Shown here in pieces: positions 16,100-30,858 of a stretch of 64,000 nt of DNA; position 1 is the stretch's first letter; each line of letters opens with the position of its first letter. Location: the NCBI RefSeq assembly GCF_964355755.1, contig NC_092676.1:4565888-4629887 (forward strand), given 5' to 3'. This stretch comes from Antedon mediterranea. Taxonomy: Eukaryota > Animalia > Echinodermata. The notes beneath the pieces are model-generated. The model saw only the letters and a list, made by a program, of their open reading frames with translations, was not told where the DNA came from and made no database searches. The translations under genes and the position numbers were made by a program.

Positions 16100-18854
16100 A
16101 TGAGTAAATACGACCGTAGTGTTGATGGTATACGATATCCATGGGCAACGAAAGATGAAATTCTGGAGGCGATGAAAACATTTGAAGTCCGAAAAGATGA
16201 CGTTTGGCTCGTAACTTATCGAAAATCAGGTAAAACTGATAAATGATTAGATAGTCTATACCTATTGCCTTAAATAATCTAGGTACTGTAGGCTAGGCCT
16301 CTCTCATCTGTCAAGATAGCAATTAACATTACCTAAGAAGTTTTATTTGTTATTTATTTATTCAAATATCCACAAATCACAGAAAACAAGGCCATATACA
16401 TGGCTGCAGTCGCGTGCTCAAGTAACGTACTGACCAATCGACCGACCGACCAACCGAGCGACTAAAAACTGAATTGCTGAACTTTCTAGCCTATACGATC
16501 CACCCCTTTTGTTCAAATACAAATGATGATTTACTTTCTATTCGTGTGTCAAATTCAGAGATAACGACACTCTTCTTTAGATATGAAATATTAGTTATGT
16601 TTGTATAGACTCGTATGTATACCACTTGCCGTAAACACTTAACCTTCACATTAAAAGAAATTTCCTATCTAAGTGAATACAATTTAAGGAAAATACTTTG
16701 ACTGTCAAATACTTAACTAGAGGGTACTCCGAGAGTACAAACCTCCGCCTACTGTAAAATTTCCCTACATAAAATGTCCCCGGACAATATATATATATTT
16801 TTAAATTTTTTTAATTAGTTCTAAGTGTAAATAGGCTAACTGCACACTACAAAGTTGTGGATGAGAGTTTGGTGTAATGGTTATGTATCCAGGCTCTCAC
16901 AGTTGAGATTGCTGGTGCAAGTCCCGCTGAGATTTTTTTTATTTTTTATTTTTTTGTGGACCTTGATCTTTGACCCTGACCCTTCAAAATTTAATCACAC
17001 GTATATGATGAGTCATTGATCATTGTGGCTAGGTTTGGTGAGAATCGGATAAAAACTGTGGTCTCTAGGCAGTAAAATAGTTTTTTTTTAGTTGTGACCT
17101 TGACCTATAACCTTTTCACCTCAAAGTCGAACTCGTCCGAGATTTTGGGGCATAGATCATTGTGGCCAAATTTGGCCAGATTCGGATGAAAACTGTGGCC
17201 TCCAGGCTGTTCACAGACAGACAGACAGACACACAAACATACAGGGGTGAAAATATAACCTCCTTGGCGGAGGTAACAATATAAGGGAAACACCTCACTT
17301 AAGTGTGATTGGTAAATACACTGAATCCCGTCTAAGTCCTCTCTCTGAGGAAGCTAAGGATTGTGCAATACAAAGTGCTGAATGTGTTCAATATTAAGCT
17401 TAAGTTCATATTCCAATTCTTACTTTCTGCTTTATTCCATCTTTGGTGTAGGTAGTACCTGGGCAACAGCAATTATCACAGTCCTCTCTTGTGGCTGTGA
17501 TTTTACGAAAAGAGATGAAACGAATCCCATGAAACATACCATGAGTCTTCTAGATGTATTTGGACCAAATATGGCGGAATTTAAACATGTAACGACAGCT
17601 AAAAAACCATCGCCGAGGATCATAATGGGGACCCATTTTCAGAGCCGCCACATGCCAAGGGAACTCATCACAAAGAAGCCAAAGGTATTACAGCCCTAAT
17701 AGCAATTTAGGCCTAATGCATTATTAATGTATAGGCCTAGCTAGATGTACTTTACAAAACATAGTTGTCGAGCCACAGCCGGTAACTATTCGGTCTTTTT
17801 TTTACTAGATTGTGTATGTTGGTAGAAATCCCAAAGATGTGGCCGTATCTCTTTACTATTTTCACAAATCCAATAAATTGCTAAAAACATTTGAAACATG
17901 GAATGAATGTTTCCAGGCGTTCTATGACGGTGATCGTAAGTAGGTCTATTTAAACAAATATGTACAAGTATGATGGTTGAGATAAATATTCAGAGATATA
18001 ATATTTATCTTTTAAATGTACAATTATAAATTATAATATCTGAGATAATATTCATAAATAGTATCATTAATAATCTAATTTTAGTTGTAGGTGGTTCGTG
18101 GTTTGATATGAACTTATACTGGTGGAATAGAAGAAATGATGATAATGTATTGTTTCTTAAATTCGAAGATATGAGCGAGGTAAGTGATAGATTCGGTAGT
18201 TATTAGACTCTATAGCTCACTATGTCGGTCGGTTGGTCGGTAAACACAAACTCAATTTGCGACTACAGCCATGTATATGGCCTTCATATTTATAGCCAGT
18301 TGTCTTTGTCCAAAATTGATATCCAAAACAGTTTTAACTTTACTTCTGTATAATTGAATAATTTTACTTTTTAATTTCAGGATCTTGGATCAGCCATTGT
18401 TAAAATATCAGAGTTTCTTGGTTGGCCAGTACCTGAAGGAAAATTGGAAGAAGTTGTTAAACTCTGCTCATTTGGTATTATGAAGAGCAATACAAAACAA
18501 CACTGGTATACAGAAATTGGCGATAGTTTAGTGTCTTCATTTATGAGTAAAGGTAATTATTGTATACTATAAAGATACTATAGATAAAGGAAACACCACT
18601 AAAAAATACCACTTTGGAAATTCTTAAATATTATCATTGACTTAGGCTAATTGAACTACTTTGTGAAATAGCTAACTTATCTGTGACACAGTATACTTTT
18701 GCCTCCATACGTATTTATAGATTTATTTTCTTTAAAAGGTTTGGTTGTTGGAGAATGGAAGAAATACTTCACTGTGAGCCAAAATGAAGCGTTTGACAAT
18801 CTTTACGAAGAGAAAATGAAAGGCTCGGGCCTAGAATTCAGATACGAATTATGA
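16100..18854 (+). CDS. SULT1-like copy 3, 290 aa, intact ORF but degenerate C-terminal PAPS motif
   Basis: Exons 16100-16229, 17452-17684, 17809-17935, 18085-18179, 18381-18552, 18739-18854. Motifs TYRKSGSTW, PRIIMGTHF, LKFEDMSE, FMSKGLVVGEWKKYF. Confidence 0.88.
16715..17277 (-). mobile_element. Non-autonomous Helentron/HINE-like element in copy 3 intron 1
   Basis: Subterminal inverted repeats ACCTCCGCC/GGCGGAGGT, (GTCT)n microsatellite, 3' hairpin GTACTC-TCG-GAGTAC then CTAGTT, and TGACCTT repeats. Absent from copy 2 intron 1. Contains a tRNA-like piece at ~16860-16932; a related 3' end lies at ~1528-1562. Confidence 0.7.
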
Positions 18855-19626
18855 ATGTTTAAAGAGAAAAACTACAATTTTGCAATAATTATTATATTTA
18901 AAATTAATATAAAATAAGTAGCAAAGTGCACATGTTAACTGTTATGACTCACTACTGTTTAACTACGTATGTTTTAGTACGTTAAGCCTACTGAATTTTC
19001 CTAACAATCAACTATGGCACCACATGACGTAAGTGCGCAGTAAGTAATTTGACCAATCACGACTACTCAATGGATCATCCGAACTCTCGTTTGTGATTGG
19101 TAAACTCACTTGCGTTGGCCGTATGGACAAGTTGTCAAACCAATGCAATCCAAAGCTTTGTCTACACTATCAAACTAGTTTAACAAAAAAGTGTGATGTG
19201 CCCAAATATGGTAGTGATATGGCATCATCATGTCCATATATGGGCACATCACGTCACATAAAGTTCGACACTAGCTTATTACTAGCGTTCGTAAATTTGG
19301 CAAGTTGGAAACCAATTTCTGCTCCTGTCTTTCTTTAGAGTCGACTGCACTAACATAAATCAATTACCAAATAAAAAAACAATGAATTATCTTATCCAAT
19401 CACATCACTTTGTTATGGAATAAATGGCATAATAAAAGTTTACTTTACGGTAATATACATGATTATTATTTTTATAAGATACATTACCGCAGGATTCTCA
19501 ATCGGTGAAAAAGAGTACGGTAAGTCTTAAGTCAACATTCATGATCTTTCTAATACAAACTTATCATACTATATATATATATATATAAATCAATGATGTT
19601 GCGTAGCACTGTGTAAATTATATATA

Positions 19627-19781
19627 AATCATACTGTAAATTATAGAAACAGTGCTCATATTCGGAACATGATCTCATAATCGCGTCGAGCATAGCTCAT
19701 TGGCGAAAGAATGAGCTATGCTCGACGCGATTATGAGATCATGTTCCGAATATGAGCACTGTTTCTATAATTTACAGTATG

Positions 19782-19784
<3 letters not shown>
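19627..19784. repeat. Perfect palindrome with 75-bp arms and 8-nt loop, embedded in (TA)n; probable MITE
   Basis: 19627-19701 is the exact reverse complement of 19710-19784. The block-B copy (~29330-29488) has two substitutions. Confidence 0.92.
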
Positions 19785-19866
<82 letters not shown>

Positions 19867-19989
19867 CCAAAGGCAAATTACTGAAAAAAATGACAATGCT
19901 GTGGGTATCAGTGGCTGGATCTCAATGGAGATACAAAAATAAAAAGCGAAAAGCTAAATCAAAACGATAAAGTAAACAGCCAGAAAAGT

Positions 19990-20030
19990 TAGCAGAGCTT
20001 TCGGGCAACACTAGCCCTTCATCAGTGCCA
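19990..20030 (-). ncRNA. Minimal type I hammerhead ribozyme motif (Penelope-like element remnant)
   Basis: Minus strand reads UGGCA CUGAUGA A GGGC-UAGUGUU-GCCC GAA AGCU C UGCUA: stem I, intact core, stem II and palindromic stem III AGCU. It ends a ~170-bp segment abutting a (TA)n tract. Confidence 0.7.
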
Positions 20031-20366
20031 TCATATTATTTAAAGTACTGTACACGGATTATCTGTAGTTAACATCAAAAGATGTAAAATAACGTCATAA
20101 GATGCGGGTTAAAGTAGGTAGTAGCCTAGCCTAGTAGCGTCACCTTATAGGCATCAACGAAACATACGTTTGAGTATTGAACGCTCAAAGTCAAGGCGCT
20201 CCGCCGGGCGCTCCGCCAAGAAATGTTTATTTTGGTATGAACTAACACACAAATAACCAGATTTAGCTTAATTAATTAGCCTAATTATACATCAGAACTA
20301 TTTTTACAATTCGTACATGTTGTAGGCCTAATTTTAATCTTTTATAGAATTATAGAAATTTAAAAA

Positions 20367-22302
<1,936 letters not shown>

Positions 22303-23238
22303 TGAATAAAAAGAAAACAAACAAAATTGATATATTATTATATGTAATAGTGGAAACTACCGTATGAACACTCTGCTGTAGGAACAAGGCAAGTGAGTTA
22401 ACCAATCACAGGACAGTTCCGATCCATCGCGTCGTTATTGATTAAATTGCTTTAGCGCTTACGTCCTTGCATTGGATGGAAACCAAGCTTTAAGCTACGT
22501 TTTTAGCCCAAGAAGATTTGTGAGTGCGTAACATTAAGAATTTGCAAATACTCCTTTTTTCTTTATGCGGTTCGATATTGAAACTAATATAAATTGATTC
22601 AGAAATGAATATTAATAGCAAAATGGTTACTGGCAGGCCTACGGTTCAACCAATAACAAGGTTTACTGTACTTTACGGCTGGGATGCAGTAATATTTTTT
22701 GTTCTACTTCTGAAGTTATAGCGGCATGAAAAACGTCACGCATTCTTCCTTACACAAAGAGTAAAACATTGACCGGAAAATTGTACTGGACGGTTTTAAA
22801 CTAATCCTACAGTACAGAAAACCCGCAGAAGGGAGAGTAAGGTTGGTGGTGGAAGAACAGCCGCCCTAATTTATTACAATCAGGGCCTATAATAATGAAT
22901 ATCAATAATTCATCCATGATATCACATTCGTCATGCAAGATGGTCGACAAAGTAGAGTAACAGTAAAAATTTCAAAATAAAATTTAGAATTTTGAGTAGA
23001 TCCTTTCAATTACGTAAAATAAATAATAATGTATAGTAGGCCTAAATAATAACGTATTATTAGTAAAGTTAACCCTTACAACGAAAATATGGTGAATTTC
23101 ACTCGGTGAATGGTCTTTCAAATGGAATAAAAATAATATCAAGTGACTTACTTCCACTATTAATCTTGCTATTATTTTAGCTTTCACACCAGTCACACCC
23201 AATTTCACTTATATTTCAAGTTTCCTGAACTTTCTGCA

Positions 23239-23286
23239 TTCTCACTCCTGAGGACGATCAAATTATATTGATCGAAACGTCGAGAA
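23239..23286 (+). ncRNA. Minimal type I hammerhead ribozyme motif, GUC cleavage site
   Basis: UUCUCA-CUC CUGAGGA C GAUCAA-auuaua-UUGAUC GAA ACGU C GAGAA. Palindromic stem III ACGU; predicted cleavage after C23281. Confidence 0.72.
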
Positions 23287-24084
23287 CAGTTCTTTTCAGA
23301 ACTATAATGTAGGCCTTCGTAGTGTACCGCAAACTGTATGTCAAAATATCAACGTCTATGTATGTATACAGATCAGGCCCTGCAGAAGATGCAACATGGT
23401 GCAACAAGTTATTCTTATATTATCAGCCTAGTAGGCCTAGGTTTGCTCAATTTAGTCCACAATTATCTAATTTAAGTAAATAAAATAGAACATGGTGATT
23501 TTATAAACATAATGTTTTATCAACTTGCAGAAATACAACAAGAAAATAAAGAAATAACAAAACAAATGACGTAATGCCCATGACCAATCCATGGTCTATT
23601 TTTAGGATAACAAAAGAAATGCAATGTACGATCGATAGTTCAACACTATTTTTCGTCTCTTTATGAACGAATGTCTACTGTTGAAAATAATACAACATTA
23701 CATTTTATTGAAAATTTTATTATGCATCAAAATGTCAATGAGTTTGTTAAGCCTTTTGAATGATACTTTACTAGTGTGTCAAAAATCGTACGATTGAAGC
23801 AGGGAGGTGTCAATTCCATGATTGAAACATCGTTATCATCATCGTCGTCGTCGTTGTCATCATCATCATCATCATTATAATAGCAAATTGTTCAGTTTGT
23901 TTGTTTATTGAGTTTCTTTGTTTGTTGAGTTTGTTTGCTTGTTTGTTTGTTTATTTGTTGTATTTGCTTGGTTGTTTGTTGAGTTTGCTTGGTTTTATTT
24001 ATTTGTTTTTATTTTTTATTTATTCGACTTCTCACTAACTCAGTTAGTGAAGGATCTGGACCAACAGATGGTAAACACATCTAA

Positions 24085-24262
24085 AGGGTCTTTCACACTA
24101 ATTGTTCCGGTCCTCCGGCGCCGGCAAATCCAATCGAACGTCAATGTTTTGTTTTTACGCGCATATCGATTGGCGCATAGCCGCGTAGAGCATCGTGAAA
24201 ACGAAACATTGGCGTTCGATTCGCCGGACCGGAACCGTGTCGGAACAGGTGTGAAAGACCCT
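24085..24262. mobile_element. PIF/Harbinger-like MITE (TAA TSD)
   Basis: TAA-AGGGTCTTTCACAC...GTGTGAAAGACCCT-TAA. A differently deleted paralog lies at 35662-35725. Confidence 0.75.
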
Positions 24263-24295
24263 TAAAACGGTCCAGTCCCAATTTGCACAGTGGCT

Positions 24296-25075
24296 GTGTT
24301 TGTTTGTTGAGCTTGCTTGGTTGTTTGTTGAGTTTGCATGGTTGTTTGTTGAGTTTGCTTTGTTGTTTGTTGAGTTTGCTTGGTTGTTTGTTTGTTGAGT
24401 TTGATTGCTTGTTTGTTGAGTTTGCTTGGTTGTTTGTTGAATTTGCATGGTTGTTTGTTGAGTTTGCTTGGTTGTTTGTTTGTTGAGTTTGATTGCTTGT
24501 TTGTTGAGTTTGCTTGGTTGTTTGTTTATTGAGTTTGCTTGGTTGGTTGTTTGTTGAGTTTGCTTGGTTGTTTGTTGAGTTTGCTTGTTTGTTTGTTGAG
24601 TTGCTTGGTTGTTGGTTGAGTTTGCTTGGTTGTTTGTTTGTTGTGTTTGCTTGTTTGTTTGTTGAGCTTGCTTGGTTGTTTGCTGAGTTTGCTTGGTTGT
24701 TTGTTGAGTTTGCTTGGTTGTTTGTTGAGTTTGCTTGCTTGGTTGTTTGTTGAGTTGCTTGGTTGTTTTTTGTTGAGTTTGCTTGGTTGTTTGTTTGTTG
24801 AGTTTGCTTGTTTGTTTGTTGAGTTTGCTTGCTTGTTTGTTTGTTGAGCTTGCTTGGTTGTTTGTTTGTTGAGTTTGCTTGGTTGTTTGTTTGTTTGTTG
24901 AGTTTGCTTGCTTGTTTGTTTGTTGAGTTTGCTTGATTGTTTGTTAAGTTTGCTTGGTTGTTTGATTGTTTGTTGGTTTGTTAAGTTTGCTTGTTTGTAT
25001 GTTTGTTGAGTTTGCCCGGTTGTTTGTTGAGTTTGATTGGTTGTTTGTTTATTTGTTTCGTTTGTTTGTTTGTTG
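24296..25075. repeat. GTTT-rich minisatellite (unit ~GTTTGTTGAGTTTGCTTGGTT, 21-29 bp)
   Basis: Visible tandem array that generates the spurious LLSLLGC/FVEFAW ORFs. Confidence 0.95.
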
Positions 25076-26137
25076 AATGTGAACTTGTGTATAACTGATG
25101 TGGTTGGCGACTAGAGGAATTACTGTGAGTGAATATAAACTGTGTGTTTTTAAAAGTATCATACATGAGTTGAACTATTATTTGAAATGAAAAAAAAAAA
25201 TTACTGATAACCACCCTCTTCAGTCACAAAGACCATCATTTTTCTCAAAATGACAAATTACGATCTAGTTTATTACCATATATTTTATATAACCAGGTAG
25301 GCCTCCTCGTACCTCTCAATCAACCACACGGTTGTATGTAACACATGGTGATAATCATAATTTACGACACAGATTTATCTGGATATAAAAACATTATGGA
25401 TCTCTCAGTGAATCAGTTGACTCTCCCACATTTTGCTTAGTTGTTCAAAGAAATCACAAAGAAAGGTACGGTAAGTGTTGTTTTTTAAACTGTGTAGGCC
25501 TATCTACCTATACGATAAGGAGAGAGGGTTGTCTGTTGTATCAAAATCCAGGTTATTTGTTGTTAATGCCGAAACTGTATTTAACCACAGAGGCCTAGGT
25601 TGTTCTTCCCTGGAGCCGTGCATATACAAAATGCAAACAATTTCAATAATATGTACAATATGTAAATAGAAGTTTACTTTAAACGATTGTAGGATCAGAG
25701 GAATGAATGTCAATTCACCAAGATTTTTCAATTGCACCTTCAATACAGGCTTATTGTTTTTATACTCATCTTGGGTAAAGCAGAGCAACATTACTGACTT
25801 AAGTGGCTTAGGGTTGTGTGTATAAATAATATTAGTGAGATAGTTTTATTTTTAGAATTTTATATATAAGTGAGATGATTTACAGTTTGCATTTAAGACA
25901 ATGTTTTCCAATTTTCAAGTTGGTTTCTGACTTCACTACTTGGGGTATCAGTATAACTATATTCTGTCTGATTATGAATAAATAAGTTTAGCCAGTGAAG
26001 AGTGAAATTTAGCTACTTTAATCCACAGAATAGACAAATTACATATTCAACTTTGTACTATATATATGGATCTTATCCTGAAGTAGTATGCAAATAATTT
26101 GAATATTCTATAACATTATAGTACAGTATAAAACAAA

Positions 26138-28658
<2,521 letters not shown>

Positions 28659-29639
28659 ATAACAAAAGAAAAGTTGAACAAATTATTAATAATTATATAT
28701 ATTTAAACCCTTTATGTACATATATACACACATTTATGTAGGATCAACGTTCGATCGAGCAAAATCTATTGAATGCAATTGACGGCTGGAACCCATTTAA
28801 TAATGGAACAATAGACCGTTGGCCGTATGGACAAGTTGTCAAACCAATGCAATCCAAAGCTTTTTCTACACTATCAAACTAGTTTAACAAAAAAGTGTGA
28901 TGTGCCCAAATATGGTAGTGATATGGCATCATCATGTCCATATATGGGCACATCACGTCACATAAAGTTCGACACTAGCTTATTACTAGCGTTCGTAAAT
29001 TTGGCAAGTTGGAAACCAATTTCTGCTCCTGTCTTTCTTTAGAGTCGACTGCACTAACATAAATCAATTACCAAATAAAAAAACAATGAATTATCTTATC
29101 CAATCACATCACTTTGTTATGGAATAAATGGCATAATAAAAGTTTACTTTACGGTAATATACATGATTATTATTTTTATAAGATACATTACCGCAGGATT
29201 CTCAATCGGTGAAAAAGAGTACGGTAAGTCTTAAGTCAACATTCATGATCTTTCTAATACAAACTTATCATACTATATATATATATATATAAATCAATGA
29301 TGTTGCGTAGCACTGTGTAAATTATATATAAATCATACTGTAAATTATAGAAACAGTGCTCATATTCGGAAAATGATCTCATAATCGCGTCGAGCATAGC
29401 TCATTGGCGAAAGAATGAGCTATGCTCGACGCGATTATGAGATGATGTTCCGAATATGAGCACTGTTTCTATAATTTACAGTATGATTTATATATATATA
29501 TATATATATATATAAATCCAAAGGCAAATTACTGAAAAAATGACAATGCTGTGGGTATCAGTGGCTGGATCTCAATGGAGATACAAAAATAAAAATCGAA
29601 AAGCTAAATCAAAACGATAAAGTAAACAACCAGAAAAGT

Positions 29640-29680
29640 TAGCAGAGCTTTCGGGCAACACTAGCCCTTCATCAGTGCCA
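29640..29680 (-). ncRNA. Duplicate of the 19990-20030 hammerhead motif
   Basis: Identical 41-nt motif in the second duplication block. Confidence 0.7.
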
Positions 29681-30016
29681 TAATATTATTTAAAGTACTG
29701 TACACGGATTATCTGTAGTTAACATCAAAAGATGTAAAATAACGTCATAAGATGCGGGTTAAAGTAGGTAGTAGCCTAGCCTAGTAGCGTCACCTTATAG
29801 GCATCAACGAAACATACGTTTGAGTATTGAACGCTCAAAGTCAAGGCGCTCCGCCGGGCGCTCCGCCAAGAAATGTTTATTTTGGTATGAACTAACACAC
29901 AAATAACCAGATTTAGCTTAATTAATTAGCCTAATTATACATCAGAACTATTTTTACAATTCATACATGTTGTAGGCCTAATTTTAATCTTTTATAGAAT
30001 TATAGAAATTTAAAAA

Positions 30017-30732
30017 ATGACCAAGTAGGCCTACGATCGTATTGTTGATGGTATACGATATCCATTGGCAATAAAGGATGAAATTCTTGAGGCGGTGAAA
30101 ACGTTTGAAGTTCGAGAAGATGACGTGTGGCTCATAACATATCGAAAATCAGGTAGGCCTATAAATAAATAACAAGAATAGTAATTAATCTATACAATTT
30201 GACTAAAGAGGTTTACATCCGGGGTTCTCCTCCTCCCCTTCCACAGTTTTGATTGGTGGTGGAGGAAGTTGTTGTGTTACTGCTTAGTGGTTGGCCTACT
30301 ATAAACGTTTCGTGCACACTGATTGCAGTTGCTCATATGTTTCAGTTTTTTATGAAACTTATTCTGGAGATGTTTGCAATCACATCCTTAGCTTGAAGTA
30401 ACTATCTTTATAACTACAGTACATTCATGCCAGCCATTATTGTTATCTGTATGCCAAATTTAGAAATACGGGTGTTAATCTTCCTTTCTATTGCAACCGA
30501 TGTAGGTACTACATGGGCACAAGAAATTCTTATTTTCCTCTCTTGTGGTTGTGATCTCGCCAAAAGAGATAAAATAGACATCACAGAGCGTATCAGTTTT
30601 CTAGATTTATTGAAACCCGGTATGACGGAATTTGCTCATGTAACGGCAGCTAAGAAACCATCGCCACGAATAATGGAAACCCATATGCAAAGCCGTCACA
30701 TGCCAAGAGAAATCATCACAAAGAAGCCAAAG
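30017..30732 (+). pseudogene. SULT1-like copy 6, pseudogene (duplicate of copy 4)
   Basis: Exons 30017-30152 and 30506-30732 are nearly identical to copy 4. A 6-bp insertion gives ATG ACC AAG TAG (stop at codon 4), and exons 3-6 are missing, replaced by a Helitron. Confidence 0.93.
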
Positions 30733-30858
30733 GTAGAGTTTTCCAGGCATTAGACACATGTCATTTAAATTGCAAAGACCGCCTTATAGACGCAAACACC
30801 TATGCGCATGCGCATAATGTTTGTCGTACGATTGTGATTAAGAACGATTATAGATACA

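Noticed and set aside
19752-19970. ORF with an (IY)n run
   Set aside because: Translation of the (TA)n microsatellite.
23918-25214. Leu/Cys/Phe-rich and Gln/Thr/Asn-rich ORFs (also 35427-37432 and 41056-41360)
   Set aside because: Translations of the stop-poor GTTT minisatellite; unit lengths shift frames and differ between paralogs.
30026-30028. Stop-codon readthrough of the TAG in copy 6 (the 6-bp insertion keeps frame)
   Set aside because: Exons 3-6 are deleted, so no functional enzyme could result.
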